Below, in pieces: positions 38,901-49,837 of a stretch of 64,000 nucleotides of DNA; position 1 is the first letter of the stretch; every line of letters begins with the position of its first letter. This DNA is from Antedon mediterranea. Its lineage: Eukaryota; Animalia; Echinodermata. The stretch covers positions 2,688,101-2,752,100 of the forward strand of contig NC_092677.1 of the NCBI RefSeq assembly GCF_964355755.1. Reading direction: 5' to 3'. A program made the position numbers and the translations under genes. The notes beneath the pieces were generated by a model. It was not told the origin of the DNA and ran no database searches. It was given only the letters and a program-made list of their open reading frames with translations.

Positions 38901-40989
38901 CCTCGTCGGACGCCATTTCGTGTTTACATCGTGTGATTTTGACGTCTGCTGCCTAAACGTCGCGTATGATTGGTTTAACTGATGTCATGTGATACAAAAT
39001 GGCAACTGCGAAAATATATTCTTTTAAACTTTTAAAATCAAGATTTCTTTAAAATGTCAGGAAAATTTTCGTGGAACTTTTTAATACGTAATTAATTTAT
39101 TTTTATGTATATGAATCAAGAGAGTTCACTTATTATGCTTAATGAGGAACAAGAAAAAATGTTTTCATCTTCACCGTAAGGCCTACAATTTGTGTGAGTT
39201 AAAAGTCTAAATCCCATTGACTAAATGTATAATGCTTAACTGAGAATGCAGGTTTAATAATCTTCCGTTAACTGCTTAACAGGCAATGTGATTTGTCCTA
39301 ATTTGTGTTGGGTCTTTACATGTATTGCTGACCTGTCCAATGTGCCTTGTTTGAAAGCTTGCTAATAACTTGGAATTCCTTGAATTTCTGAGTCCAGCTT
39401 GAGATAGGTTATTCCTCTATATGTTGTATATATAGTAACACTAAGCCTCTATGTGTAGTTATCATAGAAACCACTCCCAGGAGGACTTGCAGAGTTCTTA
39501 AGGTGTTACTAGAACTGTACTTGCAGAGTTCTTAAGGTGTTACTAGAACTGTACTTGCAGAGTTCTTAAGGTGTTACTAGAACTGTACTTGCAGAGTTCT
39601 TAAGGTGTTACTAGAACTGTACTTGCAGAGTTCTTAAGGTGTTACTAGAACTGTACTTTATATAATTGTAATACTTATTTATTCCAGCGTGTATGTGGGT
39701 TACTGAGCCGAGTCCTTGTGTATTCAACTGAAGCAGTTGATTATTGTGTTCAGCAACATATTGTTGATATCATGATGAACATACTTAAACAGGTATGTAC
39801 AATAAATATCCAATTGTAAGTCTCAACTATAACCCACCTCCACTCAACGGCCTATCATTCCCACTTTATATGTTTATAACATGTTTAATAATCTTGTATC
39901 CAAAAACAAATTTTGTCCTCTTCAAAGCTGTATTAAAAATCACTCTTCACTTTTTTTCTAAGAGTAAAGATGAAACATGCAAGAAGTATTGTCTGAAATG
40001 TCTGACTGTGATAACACAGAGCAATCAGGAATCAAGAAGACAGATACTATCACAAGATAAAGGTAATTACTAATCAATTTACTAACCCTCTGATTTTATT
40101 ATTCTCAAATGTTCTCATTTAGGCATTGATTGTTTTTATATATGATTTGTATATTGCTGTTTTGTGATGGAGATGCCTATTTCCACTATATCATAGCGTA
40201 CATGTATGTGTTTATCAAAATGATTTAACTAATACCAGGGAAGAGTCTTGTTGTAAATATCAGCTATGTCCCCGTAGTAATGATGTAGCTGTACACCAAA
40301 TCTGTAACTTGGTGGTTAACATGCTTGCCTTCCAATCTCAAGGTCCAGGGTTCAAATCTGACCTTTTTATTTCACGCCCTAGGCGTCAAATGAGATTTAA
40401 AGCATGATTCAATTCAATTCAATTCAATTCAACTTTATTTCAGACAAACTGTCCATATGAAACATATAAATACAATAAAAATAATACAAAGCATTATGTG
40501 ACAACCGTCATGGAGAGAGGACTAATAATTATTTGTTGACACATAGTGCCTCTTAAAATACATGTGGATTATGTATGTGGATTTAGTATCTATCCGGTAA
40601 TAATGATAAGTTATTTGCTGTTTGAGGCATTGGATTTGTATTAAATAAAAGCTCCTTGTCCACTATAACCTATTTCAATATGTTTTATTTTTTTAAAAGG
40701 TCTAACAAAGTTGGTGTATTATCTAGACAGTGAAGATGCCATGATGATAGCGAACGCTGCGTTATGTATCGGACATTGTGTACAAGAACCAGGAGCTAGC
40801 CACCATGTCAGTACAGATGTAGTCAAGACATTACTGACAAGAACAGACACTACGAACACTTCAATTAAACAAAACTGTGCAATCACTCTAGCTAAGCTTG
40901 CTACTACAAGTCCAGATCATCTTAATATGCTCAAGAAGTTAGGAGGGATAGGTATTTTGAATAGCTGTATGAAGTATGTAAATTCATGA
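23996..40989 (+). CDS. TTC12: Tetratricopeptide repeat protein 12 homolog (TPR + ARM; axonemal dynein assembly), 15 coding exons, 712 aa
   Basis: Exons 23996-24068, 28667-28818, 28922-28955, 29108-29307, 29634-29826, 30038-30226, 30447-30611, 30922-31093, 31729-31821, 32007-32070, 33409-33543, 34019-34192, 39688-39792, 39963-40062 and 40700-40989. GT-AG introns with consistent phases; total 2139 nt. Motifs: FLSKVDEI, AFMASVEADARERAQRR, KEKGNQEF..LYTNRAQ (TPR), YYVGG, TLFRSNSGF and C-terminal ARM-like NAALCIGHC..NCAITLAKL. Confidence 0.92.
24125..26229. mobile_element. Non-autonomous TIR DNA element, copy 1 (2105 bp), carrying a decayed LINE RT fragment
   Basis: 51-bp TIR GGATCAGGTGCCGTTTTCGGCCACCTCGACTT...; the right TIR lacks its last 6 nt at the junction with copy 2. 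Located in TTC12 intron 1. Confidence 0.88.
26230..28340. mobile_element. Non-autonomous TIR DNA element, copy 2 (tandem, apparently identical to copy 1)
   Basis: All ORF-track peptides recur at +2105. Complete right TIR at 28290-28340. The flanks of the dimer, ATTGTAAG and ATTGTAAA, resemble an 8-bp TSD with one mismatch. Confidence 0.88.
29355..29565 (+). repeat. Degenerate ~35-bp tandem repeat, TTC12 intron 4
   Basis: Recurring TTAAATTATTGTCACCAATTCTTAG..TGTTGTCA. Confidence 0.75.
31029..31345 (+). repeat. 111-bp tandem triplication spanning the TTC12 exon 8 donor
   Basis: AAG|GTAAAT at 31094, 31205 and 31316. Confidence 0.93.
32365..33452 (+). repeat. 60-bp minisatellite, 18 units, made of the TTC12 intron 10 / exon 11 junction
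   Basis: Unit TTTTATTATTTCTTTAG|CTGCACAGTGAGTCAGTTAATAGTACTGTATTCCCATTGTGTA. The last unit runs into unique exon sequence. Confidence 0.95.
34440..35024. mobile_element. Older non-autonomous DNA element with ~117-bp AAGGTCAAAGGTCA subrepeats, interrupted by the Academ insertion (resumes ~39189-39222)
   Basis: Repeated blocks at ~34465, ~34605 and ~34745, similar in style to the subterminal repeats of the 44341-48833 element. The left terminus was not identified. Confidence 0.5.
35652..35917 (+). repeat. AT-rich ~27-30-bp tandem repeat inside the Academ element
   Basis: Recurring TATATTCTC(A/G)TGGTTA. Confidence 0.8.
36196..38916 (-). pseudogene. Truncated multi-exon Academ transposase (N-terminal part)
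   Basis: ORF pieces 38551-38916, 37982-38209, 36716-36979 and 36196-36453, with GT/AG boundaries (e.g. donor at 38610, acceptor ~38298). Confidence 0.7.
39485..39658 (+). repeat. 34-bp perfect minisatellite, 5 units, just upstream of TTC12 exon 13
   Basis: Unit ACTTGCAGAGTTCTTAAGGTGTTACTAGAACTGT. Confidence 0.95.
40298..40432 (+). mobile_element. Degenerate tRNA-derived SINE fragment in TTC12 intron 14
   Basis: A-box-like TGGTGGTTAA and B-box GGTTCAAATC, with an adjacent (AATTC)n tract. Confidence 0.55.
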
Positions 40990-42027
40990 CGTTTTTTGGA
41001 TATTGGTGTTTTTCAAATTGGCATTCATATGGGTCTCGTCAGTTGTACGCCACACCTAATGTTTCAACTACATGGTTTTTTGGGCTGGGCATATCCACAT
41101 GGTCAGATAGTCCTATAAACAGTGCACATTTTTGGAATGCTTACAAGTGTTTATTTATTTTCATAAATATAATAATATAGTTTGACAGTTTTAATAAGAA
41201 TTTTTACTATTTAGCATTTTCAAAATATACATACATAATCATACATAATAATTTTAATTGCAAGTTCATGTTTTTTTAAATCCTGTTTTCTTAATCTATC
41301 AATCACTGTATAATTTATAATTTTCTTTTACAGTTTTTTAATGTACACTATTATATATAATTTATAAAAAATAACTATTGACATCAACATTATATATCAA
41401 ATCTGTTCACATACAGGTTATGTACAGTCAAGAGATGCACTATAATATTCATATTTGTATTGCATAACAATTAGGCCTACATATCACATTATCAAAATAA
41501 CTTTAATTGTGGCTGTCCACACACAAGATAGAAAAAAACAAAATTCATAAGAGTTTGGTTTGTTCACATATGGCTATATTCCTCACTTAGTATTAGAAAT
41601 TTGTCTTGATTTGAAGTTAATATTTCCCAAACCCATTTTCAATTAGTCCTATGCTAAAATTGTATGAATCTGCCCCTGTGGTACTTGCTACTACAGTCTT
41701 TCTTTATCATTAATAGATTGCATATTATACAGTAAATAAAGTAAACAAATAAGCAAGTTAAATGAGTGCATTTCCAGTAAATATATTGATGAATTTTCTG
41801 TGTAAATATGTTTTTTTTCCTTAAAATATATTTTTTACAACAAAATGTTATTATTTAATTCATTCAAACCTGACTAATTTTACTTAAATGAAAGATTAAT
41901 AAAACTGTTTAAACCCCATTTAAAACGATAAGAATTAAGCATTTTCTATGAATTTAATGTATTTAATACAAGTAACACAGGTTTTATACATTTATTCCTG
42001 GGTGAATCTGGACAGCGCCGAAACACG

Positions 42028-42516
42028 CATCTGACTGGAGTGCATCTGATTGGCAGATGACACGCAACGCATGTAAGAAACTGAAAATCGACGTGGGTAT
42101 ATCTGCAGAGCTGCAGCGACGCACATCTCACTGGAGTGCATCTGATTGGCAGATGACACGCAACGCATGTAAGAAACTTCCAATCGACGTGGGTATATCT
42201 GCAGAGCTGCAGCGACGCACATCTGACTGGAGTGCATCTGATTGGCAGATGACACACAACGCATGTAAGAAACTTCCAATCGACGTGGGTATATCTGCAG
42301 AGCTGCAGCGACGCACATCTGACTGGAGTGCATCTGATTGGCAGATGACACGCAACGCATGTAAGAAACTTCCAATCGACGTGGGTATATCTGCAGAGCT
42401 GCAGCGACGCACATCTGACTGGAGTTCATCTGATTGGCAAGTGACACGCAACGCAAGTAAGAAACTTCTAATCGATGTGGGTATATCTGCAAAGCTGCAG
42501 CGACGCACATCTGACT
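42028..42516. repeat. 96-bp tandem repeat, 5 units, open in several frames
   Basis: Units start at 42028, 42124, 42220, 42316 and 42412. The ORF track shows a 32-aa periodicity. Confidence 0.93.
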
Positions 42517-45500
42517 GAAAATTGATTGATTAGACCCCATTTTTCCTGAAAAATTCAAAAGCAAATGGAATGATGAGATACGTCACTTAATACCTTACAG
42601 TAACAATAGTTAAGACAGATAAGATGTGCCTTAATAAACTATAATGTAAAAAATGTATGCTCCACAAGGAATGATTTTCTTCTATTATTTAAAGATAATA
42701 GTTAAGCCTAATAATAATATTCGTTTTTTATATGACGCTTATTGCACAATGCTTCTAAGTGCTTCACATTATTACCCCATCATTTTTTTTGGGATCAAAC
42801 ATGTATGCAGTGGTGGCGCCAGCGGGGGGGCTACGGGGGCTCTAGCCCCCTCGTCGGGGAGCCTAGCCCCCCCGTCGGGGAACACGGGTACTTTTTGTCG
42901 GGGAATATAATATACAGTAAAAAATGTTCGCGTTCACTTCATATAGCTTCAGCGCCTAGAAAACCACGACGTTCCATTGACCGTGAGAGTACGTCAGAGG
43001 GCTATTATGCACTTTTATGCATTCATTCATTGCCAGCGATCTAACTTACTACTAAACATTAGCTAGGTACGCACTTGTCTGGCGGTATCCCTTTGTACAA
43101 ATCGTTCAACGTTGGGTCGACACGCTTACGCGTGATATCAAGTTCCATCCAGGGACCAAAATGTGTAATGTAGTTATTTTCCAGGCGAAGTTTACCGGCG
43201 GTTACCGAAGGGAACACGGGTACTTTTTGTCGGGGAATATAATATACAGTAAAAAGCGTTCGCGTTTACTTCGTAGCTAGCTTCAGCGCCTAGAAAACCG
43301 CGACGTTTCATTGACCGTGAGAGTACGTCAGAGTGATATTATGCACTTTATATGCATTCATTATTGCCAGCGATCTAACTTACTACTAAACAATAGCTAG
43401 GTTCGCACTTGTCTGTCGGTATCCCTGTGTACGAATCGTTCGATCAACGTTGGGTCGAGACGCGTGATATCATGTTCCATCCAGGGACCAAAATGTGTAC
43501 TGTAGTTATTTTCCAGGCGAAGTTTACTGACGGTTACGTCGTGTACTGCGTCGACGTACGCTACACTACAGCAGCAAAAACGAATTATGTTAATTGTCCG
43601 TATGTTCACCAATTTTTTAATTTACAAGTAACCTTCTCTGTACCGTGGGGCACCTAAAATAAATTTTTCATCCATTACTAAACAAAAAAACATGCTATTT
43701 TCGCTTAGCCAACATCTTATTATAGCTAAGTTATTATGTCATGAATTTCTCACCACTCGGAAATCCAGATGGTACGCACGCATACACTTGGGAGGAATAA
43801 ACTTATTTCCCCGACTGAAAAAGGTCTACGCTTGCGTTTTTTAAGCCTCTAGGCCTGATGTTTCCAAAGTATAAAATGCAATTTTTTGAAGACCTGCAGC
43901 TCTAGTTTTAAACAGTTTCTTAGCTCAGCCCCAACAATAAAGCTGGTCATATTTCGAAGTACAAGAAGTGCATTTTCCGGGACCTAACATCTCTATTTTT
44001 CAAACATTTCTTAGCTCAGTCACAACCATGATAGGGACTTATATATTTTGTTTCATGTTTTGAAGTATAATAAGTCCAATTTCCGGGACCTCCAACTCTA
44101 TTTTTCTGAATTTTCTCTGAAATTTTATTTTTTAAATTGAAAAATATGGATTGAAACAGTCATCGCGCATCGTTTTTTTGCACGCAGTATTTTATTTATG
44201 CATTATAAAAAATGGAAAAAATGGCTACCCTAAATCTGATTAAAATGACCTCAAATGACGCTAGAACGCGTTGCTTCCAGGGGCTTCGCCCCCTGGACCC
44301 CCACCGGGGGCCCTTGCCGGCCCCCTGGCCCCCAGCCTAGTAGTCCAGTCAATCTATGACAAAAAAGGGCGTAACCCAAAACAAATTGCAATAGTTTCCA
44401 AAGCTTTTTTATTTGATTCTATAAGCATCTGGGAAGATCATTTCCAAAATCTACCAAAATCGGTTCAGTGGAACATACTTTTTAAGGGGTTTTAAGGTCA
44501 TAGGGGTCAAATTACACATTTTTCTATTTTGAAAACTACTAGGCGTAGCATGTTAATTTTGGTGTGAAACTATTCAGAAGACCCATATTTATATGTACTC
44601 TAATAAAACCTTTTTACCAAAAATTACAGGAAAGCATGCTTTTGACCTTTGACCTATTTTATTGTATATTTTCGTATATTCGTATCTTAGTAACCAGTGG
44701 GCGTAGATGAGCGTTATTTGCGTCAAACTACTCATAAGGTCAATGTTTATATTAGTTCTAATGGAAAAGATTCGTGTAAAATGACCGGAAGTCATTATTT
44801 TGACCTTTGACACATATTCATTATTTTAGATTTCTCAGTAAATACATTTTTTATTTCTCAGTAACCACTAAGCACAACTTCGTCAATTTTGTGTCAAAAG
44901 ATTCAGAAGACTCATACAGTATTTATATTCACTATAGGCCTAATGAAAAAGTTTTTTAAAAAATGGATAGAAACTAAGTTTTTGACCTTTGACCTATTAT
45001 ACCAGTATATTTGTTTATATTTACTCTAATGAAAACAAATGCAAATGTACAATATAACCGAAAATCATTATTTTGACCGTTAACATTTTCTAGTCGTGTC
45101 ATGAATAAATCTCGGGTCTCGAGTATAACATTTTAAATTTGACCAAATAATAAGTGCGGCGATCTGACAGACGTTGGGCTGGAATATCAACTGATCTTGC
45201 CATAGAACAGTGTTTTATGCGTAGCATAAAAACAAGAGGAGGTCTAACAAGAGGGCGAGGATTAACAGAAATTCAACGACTTGTTTGGGTCCTTTCAACT
45301 CCAGTCTGCGCCAAGATCAATCCTTCAATGCAAGAGTTCACTAACGTTTTGTATACTACCAGTGAACAACATAAAGAAACAACATATGCCAGAAAGATGA
45401 AGGACCTCAGTGATGTACAAGACATATCAAGGTATCTGACACAGCGAAATCCATTCAATACAGACAGTACAAAATCACTGACAAACATTGGAGTGACGGC

Positions 45501-45617
45501 ACATATCAATGTAGACTGTGACAATGCCAAGCATGTAGGTCAACAAATTGTGCAATCAATGACAAACCAAAAGGTCGCCAACTACACATTTCGGAAAAAG
45601 AGCCAATCCATTACAAT

Positions 45618-46025
45618 CAAAGAACTTATAACACAAGAATCTCCTGTTCTTCAATTTGCATTCAAAACACAGTATCGGAAGTACAGGGTTAAAAGGTCAA
45701 ACTGGGCGACGCCATTTCACAGCATGGAGCAGCGCCCCTTCCAAACTAGGAAGTCAATTACTCTACCCCGCTAGAGTATTAGCAGATCCCCTCTATGATT
45801 TTGACTTTCTAATTTGATGCGGGCGCCCTACTCCTCAGTAAATTACTCTATCCCCCTAGAGCATTAACAGATCCCCTCTATGATTTTGACTTTCTAATTT
45901 GATGCGGGCGCCCTACTCCATGGCTCACAATGGCGCCACCCATAGCTCTATTCTATCCCACAATGCCTTTCGAAATTGTTACGCGCTTCGGACGAACAGG
46001 AGATTCTTGTGTTATAAGTTCTTTG
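45618..46025. mobile_element. 408-bp MITE, P-element-like (CA..TG ends, 7-bp TSD)
   Basis: 32-bp perfect TIR CAAAGAACTTATAACACAAGAATCTCCTGTTC, TSD TTACAAT (45611-45617 and 46026-46032) and an internal ~70-bp direct repeat. Confidence 0.85.
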
Positions 46026-46037
46026 TTACAATGAACT

Positions 46038-46203
46038 GCTCTCCCCTTCTTTGTTGTTTTTTTTTTTTTTTTTTTTTTTTTCATATTTTTTATATATATT
46101 TATATTTTTGATATGACATGTATTTTACACGCAATTTGGCTCTTAGCCACGAGTTGTAATTTTGGTCAATTTTTTGATATTTGAAATAAAAGTGAAGAAT
46201 AAT
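46038..46203 (+). mobile_element. Short retro-element 3' tail inserted in the Academ ORF
   Basis: T-rich segment ending AATAAAAGTGAAGAATAAT, flanked by AACT. Removing it and the MITE restores the reading ...SITMNSKSALKIKDD.... Confidence 0.55.
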
Positions 46204-48949
46204 AACTCTAAAAGCGCATTGAAGATAAAAGATGATGTGGCCAATGTAGATCCTTTACTTCTATTTCAACGACTTGTAACTGCCGGCACAAGATGCGATA
46301 ATGTATCAGATATATTTAGATTGTTTGAATCACCAGATATGATGAGGTCTGCAAATAAAGCTAGTTTAGCTGATAGTTTGTGGTCAACAGCAATCGAGGT
46401 TGCTCCAGAACCTCCTGATCAAATTCAGTACGTCTTAGATGGAGGAGCACTACTTCATAAAATTACATGGACAAGAGGGGCTTCAGGGGTGACATTATGA
46501 GAGTATACACTAAATATGTTTCTCACAAATATGGAAAACCCATTGTTGTTTTTGATGGGTACGATAACTCACTAAGTACAAAAGACTGTACACATACAAG
46601 GAGAAGTGGTGGTGGTGGTGTAGCTGTACACTTTGACCAATCTATGACCTTACAAACCAAAAAAGAAGAATTACTGTCAAACGTTCAAAACAAACAAAGA
46701 TTCATTAAGATTTTGGGAAATAGTCTTGAAAAAGAAGGTTGTACTGTTCACCACGCAGAAGCTGACGCTGACTATCTTGTGTCGAAGATGGCTCTGTCCT
46801 GTGCAGAACAAATAGGCACGGTTGTCATCGCAGATGATACAGATATCCTGGTCCTCCTTATCCACCATGGTGGTCACACCAAACATAATGTATGGTTCAA
46901 GCCAAACCAAAGGAAAGAAACTAAAAAGGTGCAACGATGTTGGAACATTGCGGCAACAAGACTTGACCTTGGCAGCGATGTTTGTAAATATATCCTATTT
47001 TGTCACACGTTCCTTGGATGTGACACGACATCGCGATTTTTTGGTATTGGGAAAATCAAAGCAGTAACTAAAGTAAGAAGTGACTGTTTCTTTTCTGAAC
47101 AAGCCAAAGTGTTTATGACTTGTAAGGCAAACAGACAGGAGGTAATTGCAGCGGGTAATAACGCCATTTTGTCTTTGTATGGTAGCAGCGATAATGAAAA
47201 CCTAGAGGAATTGAGGTTTCGTAAATTTCATAAAAAGACAACATGCAGTACTAAAGCAGTTCATCCACGTTCTTTACCCCCAACAGAATCAGCGGCAAAA
47301 AATCATAGTCTAAGGGTGTACCAACAAGTTCAAGTTTGGCTTGGAAATGAAGAAAATGTACCTCCAGATAAATATGGATGGAAGATCAGTCAAAGCAGGA
47401 TGATACCATATTTGACGGACAACCCCCCAGCACCACAATTGCTCCTACAAATCATAAGATGCAAATGCAAAACAGGCTGCTATAATATGAAATGCAGCTG
47501 TAGGAACAATGGATTAGATTGCTCCATGGCATGTAGTGTGTGTCGAGGTGTATACGCAAACATTTCACTAGATGATAATGAATATACCGATTCTGAAGAT
47601 TCAACAATGGGTTTTTAAAATCAGACGATTGGTAAATATTCTCAACCAGGCCTATTTGGATATTTTTCTGTTTTGTGTGTTTTTAGAGTAAATATAAACA
47701 GAATAATGAATAGTTAAATGTTATCTTGGGTGCTGATCTATGAAGAAATATAACACCAATATATTGCCCCAATTACTAAACGTTTTCTGGATAGATATCA
47801 AAGGTCAAAATAATTACTTTCGCATTGACACACATTTTTTTTTTATTAGAGTGGATATCCTTCTGAGTTGTTTGACACAAAAAATGCTCATCTAAACCCA
47901 TAGTTCACAAAGATACAAATATATAAATATAATAGTTGAAAGCTTCCGGTCATTTTCTGTAAAAATAGTTTCATTAGAGTAAATAAATATGGTTCTTCTG
48001 AATTGTTTAACACAAAGTTACGCTTATTGGTCACCGAGATACAAAAAATAAATTTAGTGAGATATGAAATAAAGAATATATGTTAACGGTCAAAACGATG
48101 ACTTTTTCATTAGAGTGAATATAAACATAGACCTTTTGAATATTTTGACACAAAAAATGCTCATCTACGCCCATTGGTTACAAAGATATGAATATACCAA
48201 TATAATAGGTCAAAGGTCAAAAGAGTAGTTTCCGGTCATTTTTTTGTAAAAAGTTTTATTAGAGTGAATATAAATAAGGGTCTTCTGAATTGATTAACAC
48301 AAAAATTACGAAGTTACGACTATTGGTCACCGAGATACAAAAAATTTACTTAGTGAAATAATATAAAATAATGAATATATGTCAAAGGTCAAAATGATGT
48401 CGTCTGGTCATAATACACAAAACGTTTTCATTAGAGTGAATATAAACATAGACCTTCTGGGTATTTTGACACCAAAAACGCTTGTTTACGCCCAGTGATT
48501 ACCGAGATATGAATATGCCAAAATAATAGGTCAAAGGTCAAAAACATGGATTCCTGTCATTTTTGATCAAAAACTTTCATTAGAGTGAATATAAATATGG
48601 GTCTTCTGAATTGTTTGACACCAAAATTACCAAGTTCGGCCAAGCGGTTACTGAGATATACAAATATATAATTTGACCCTCATGACCTCTTGACCCCTTA
48701 AAAAAGTATGTTCCACTGAACCGATTTTGGTAGATTTTGGAAATGTTTCTTCCAGGAACATATAGAATCAAATAAATAAGGTTCGGAAACTATTGCAATT
48801 TGTTTTGGGTCTATCGGTAGATTGACTGGACTATAGTGATGCTCGCTTCGCTCGCATAGCCCCTCGTCGGGGAATGTAGCCCCCGCGTCGGGAAGATCCT
48901 GGCGCCACCCCTGCATGTATGGAAACATACTACTATAATGTTGTGTCTT

Positions 48950-49100
48950 GATCTAAACGGGTACCCATTTATACAGCTGGGTGGAGAGAGGCAAACTTAA
49001 AGTATCTTGCCTAAGGATACAAGCAATGCAGCGAGAGTTGGATTCGAACCACGATCTCAGTACTGTAGTTCAACGGCAAACACACTGCACCACCTGCCCT
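48950..49100 (-). mobile_element. tRNA-derived SINE with a CORE-like central domain
   Basis: Minus strand reads GGTGGTGCAGTG..GGTTCGAATCC..CCTTAGGCAAGATACTTTAA..CTCTCTCCACCCAGCTGTATAAATGGGTACC. Confidence 0.75.
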
Positions 49101-49837
49101 TATTGTGTATTGTGATTTTTGTATATTTTGTAAGATCATTTTAATCCAGATCTTTTTATTTGAATTGCCCTGTGTGGGATGATTAAACAATTTTGAATTG
49201 AATTGCCCCCTGAAAAACTAATTTAAAAAATTGTAGTTGAATATACCATTTTAATGTCACATAACAGTTATCTACTATTAACTATAAAATAACCTATTCA
49301 AAGTCTGATTTTATTAATCTTTATTTTTCATTCTTTAAATAATTGAATTGATGATAAAATGAATATAGGGCTATATATTTAAAAAAGAGACAATAAAGGA
49401 GGGTTACTCCCACGAAAGACAAAAAAAAAAATAATTGAAAACACAGAGTACACCTTTTCAAAATATTTTTATAGATTCTGTAAGTAAATGCGATGTTATT
49501 AATTGATTGTACGATTTTGAGTTGTATTTTGTGCACACTACCATTTCGAGGGTCTTCCTTGGCTTTTGCGCGTGCGGTTTTCTCTCTGCATGGTCTTAGC
49601 TTTAGAAACACCCATCAGTAGAGGACGACATAAAAAAAATATACAAATTTGTTTTCGGTATTTAGATTTGTCACGCTACTGCTTTAGCCAGCTACGTCCC
49701 AAGAAGACTACTCATTCAGAAGCTACTAAGCAAGCAGCAGTTATAGTTCTAGAGGCCGACGTTTTTGATAATTTGTAAACTAGGACGGGTCATGCTAAAA
49801 TTACAAACCCCAAAGCACGTCTGGGAGAAGAGAGACT

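Larger units (their letters stand above)
35025..39185 (-). mobile_element. Academ DNA transposon, internally deleted, in TTC12 intron 12
   Basis: Imperfect TIRs TAGGCCTTACGG(C/T)GAAG...TTCCTCAT(C/T)AAGCATAATA and a 3-bp TSD CAA. Spliced minus-strand transposase N-terminal part from ATG 38916 (GFHATCYRRYT, CIICK, EVRYHDQCYKNYT, EWPP..ILSICQDILY..QTPKSLALGLTVR), truncated near 36190. Confidence 0.82.
45154..47618 (+). pseudogene. Academ transposase C-terminal region with XPG/PIN-like nuclease motifs and a terminal Cys-rich (CXC/tesmin-like) domain, disrupted
   Basis: DLAIEQCFMRSIKTRGGL, NPF, DGGALLH, VFDGY, EADAD, DDTDILVLL, GCDTTSRFFGIGK, LPPT..HSLRVYQQV.W and CKCKTGC..CSC...GLDC..ACSVC. Split by insertions at 45618-46203 and a frameshift near 46490; 5' end missing. 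Confidence 0.85.
44341..48833 (+). mobile_element. Academ DNA transposon derivative retaining the C-terminal part of its transposase gene
   Basis: Long imperfect TIRs beginning TAGTCCAGTCAATCTA and a 3-bp TSD TAG (44338-44340 and 48834-48836). Confidence 0.88.
42808..48913. mobile_element. Non-autonomous hAT-type element hosting a nested Academ
   Basis: TIRs CAGTGGTGGCGCCAG / CTGGCGCCACCCCTG with a perfect 8-bp TSD CATGTATG (42800-42807 and 48914-48921). GC-rich subterminal repeats and an internal ~330-bp duplication (42878 and 43210). Confidence 0.9.

Noticed and set aside
40298-40365. Functional tRNA gene
   Set aside because: A and B boxes are present but acceptor and D stems do not pair convincingly; treated as a SINE remnant, as were ~49030-49100 and ~50650-50725.
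46467-47618. Host XPG/FEN1 nuclease or tesmin gene, or a novel nuclease system
   Set aside because: It lies between TIRs with a TSD, is 5'-truncated and disrupted, and the domain combination is the known Academ architecture.
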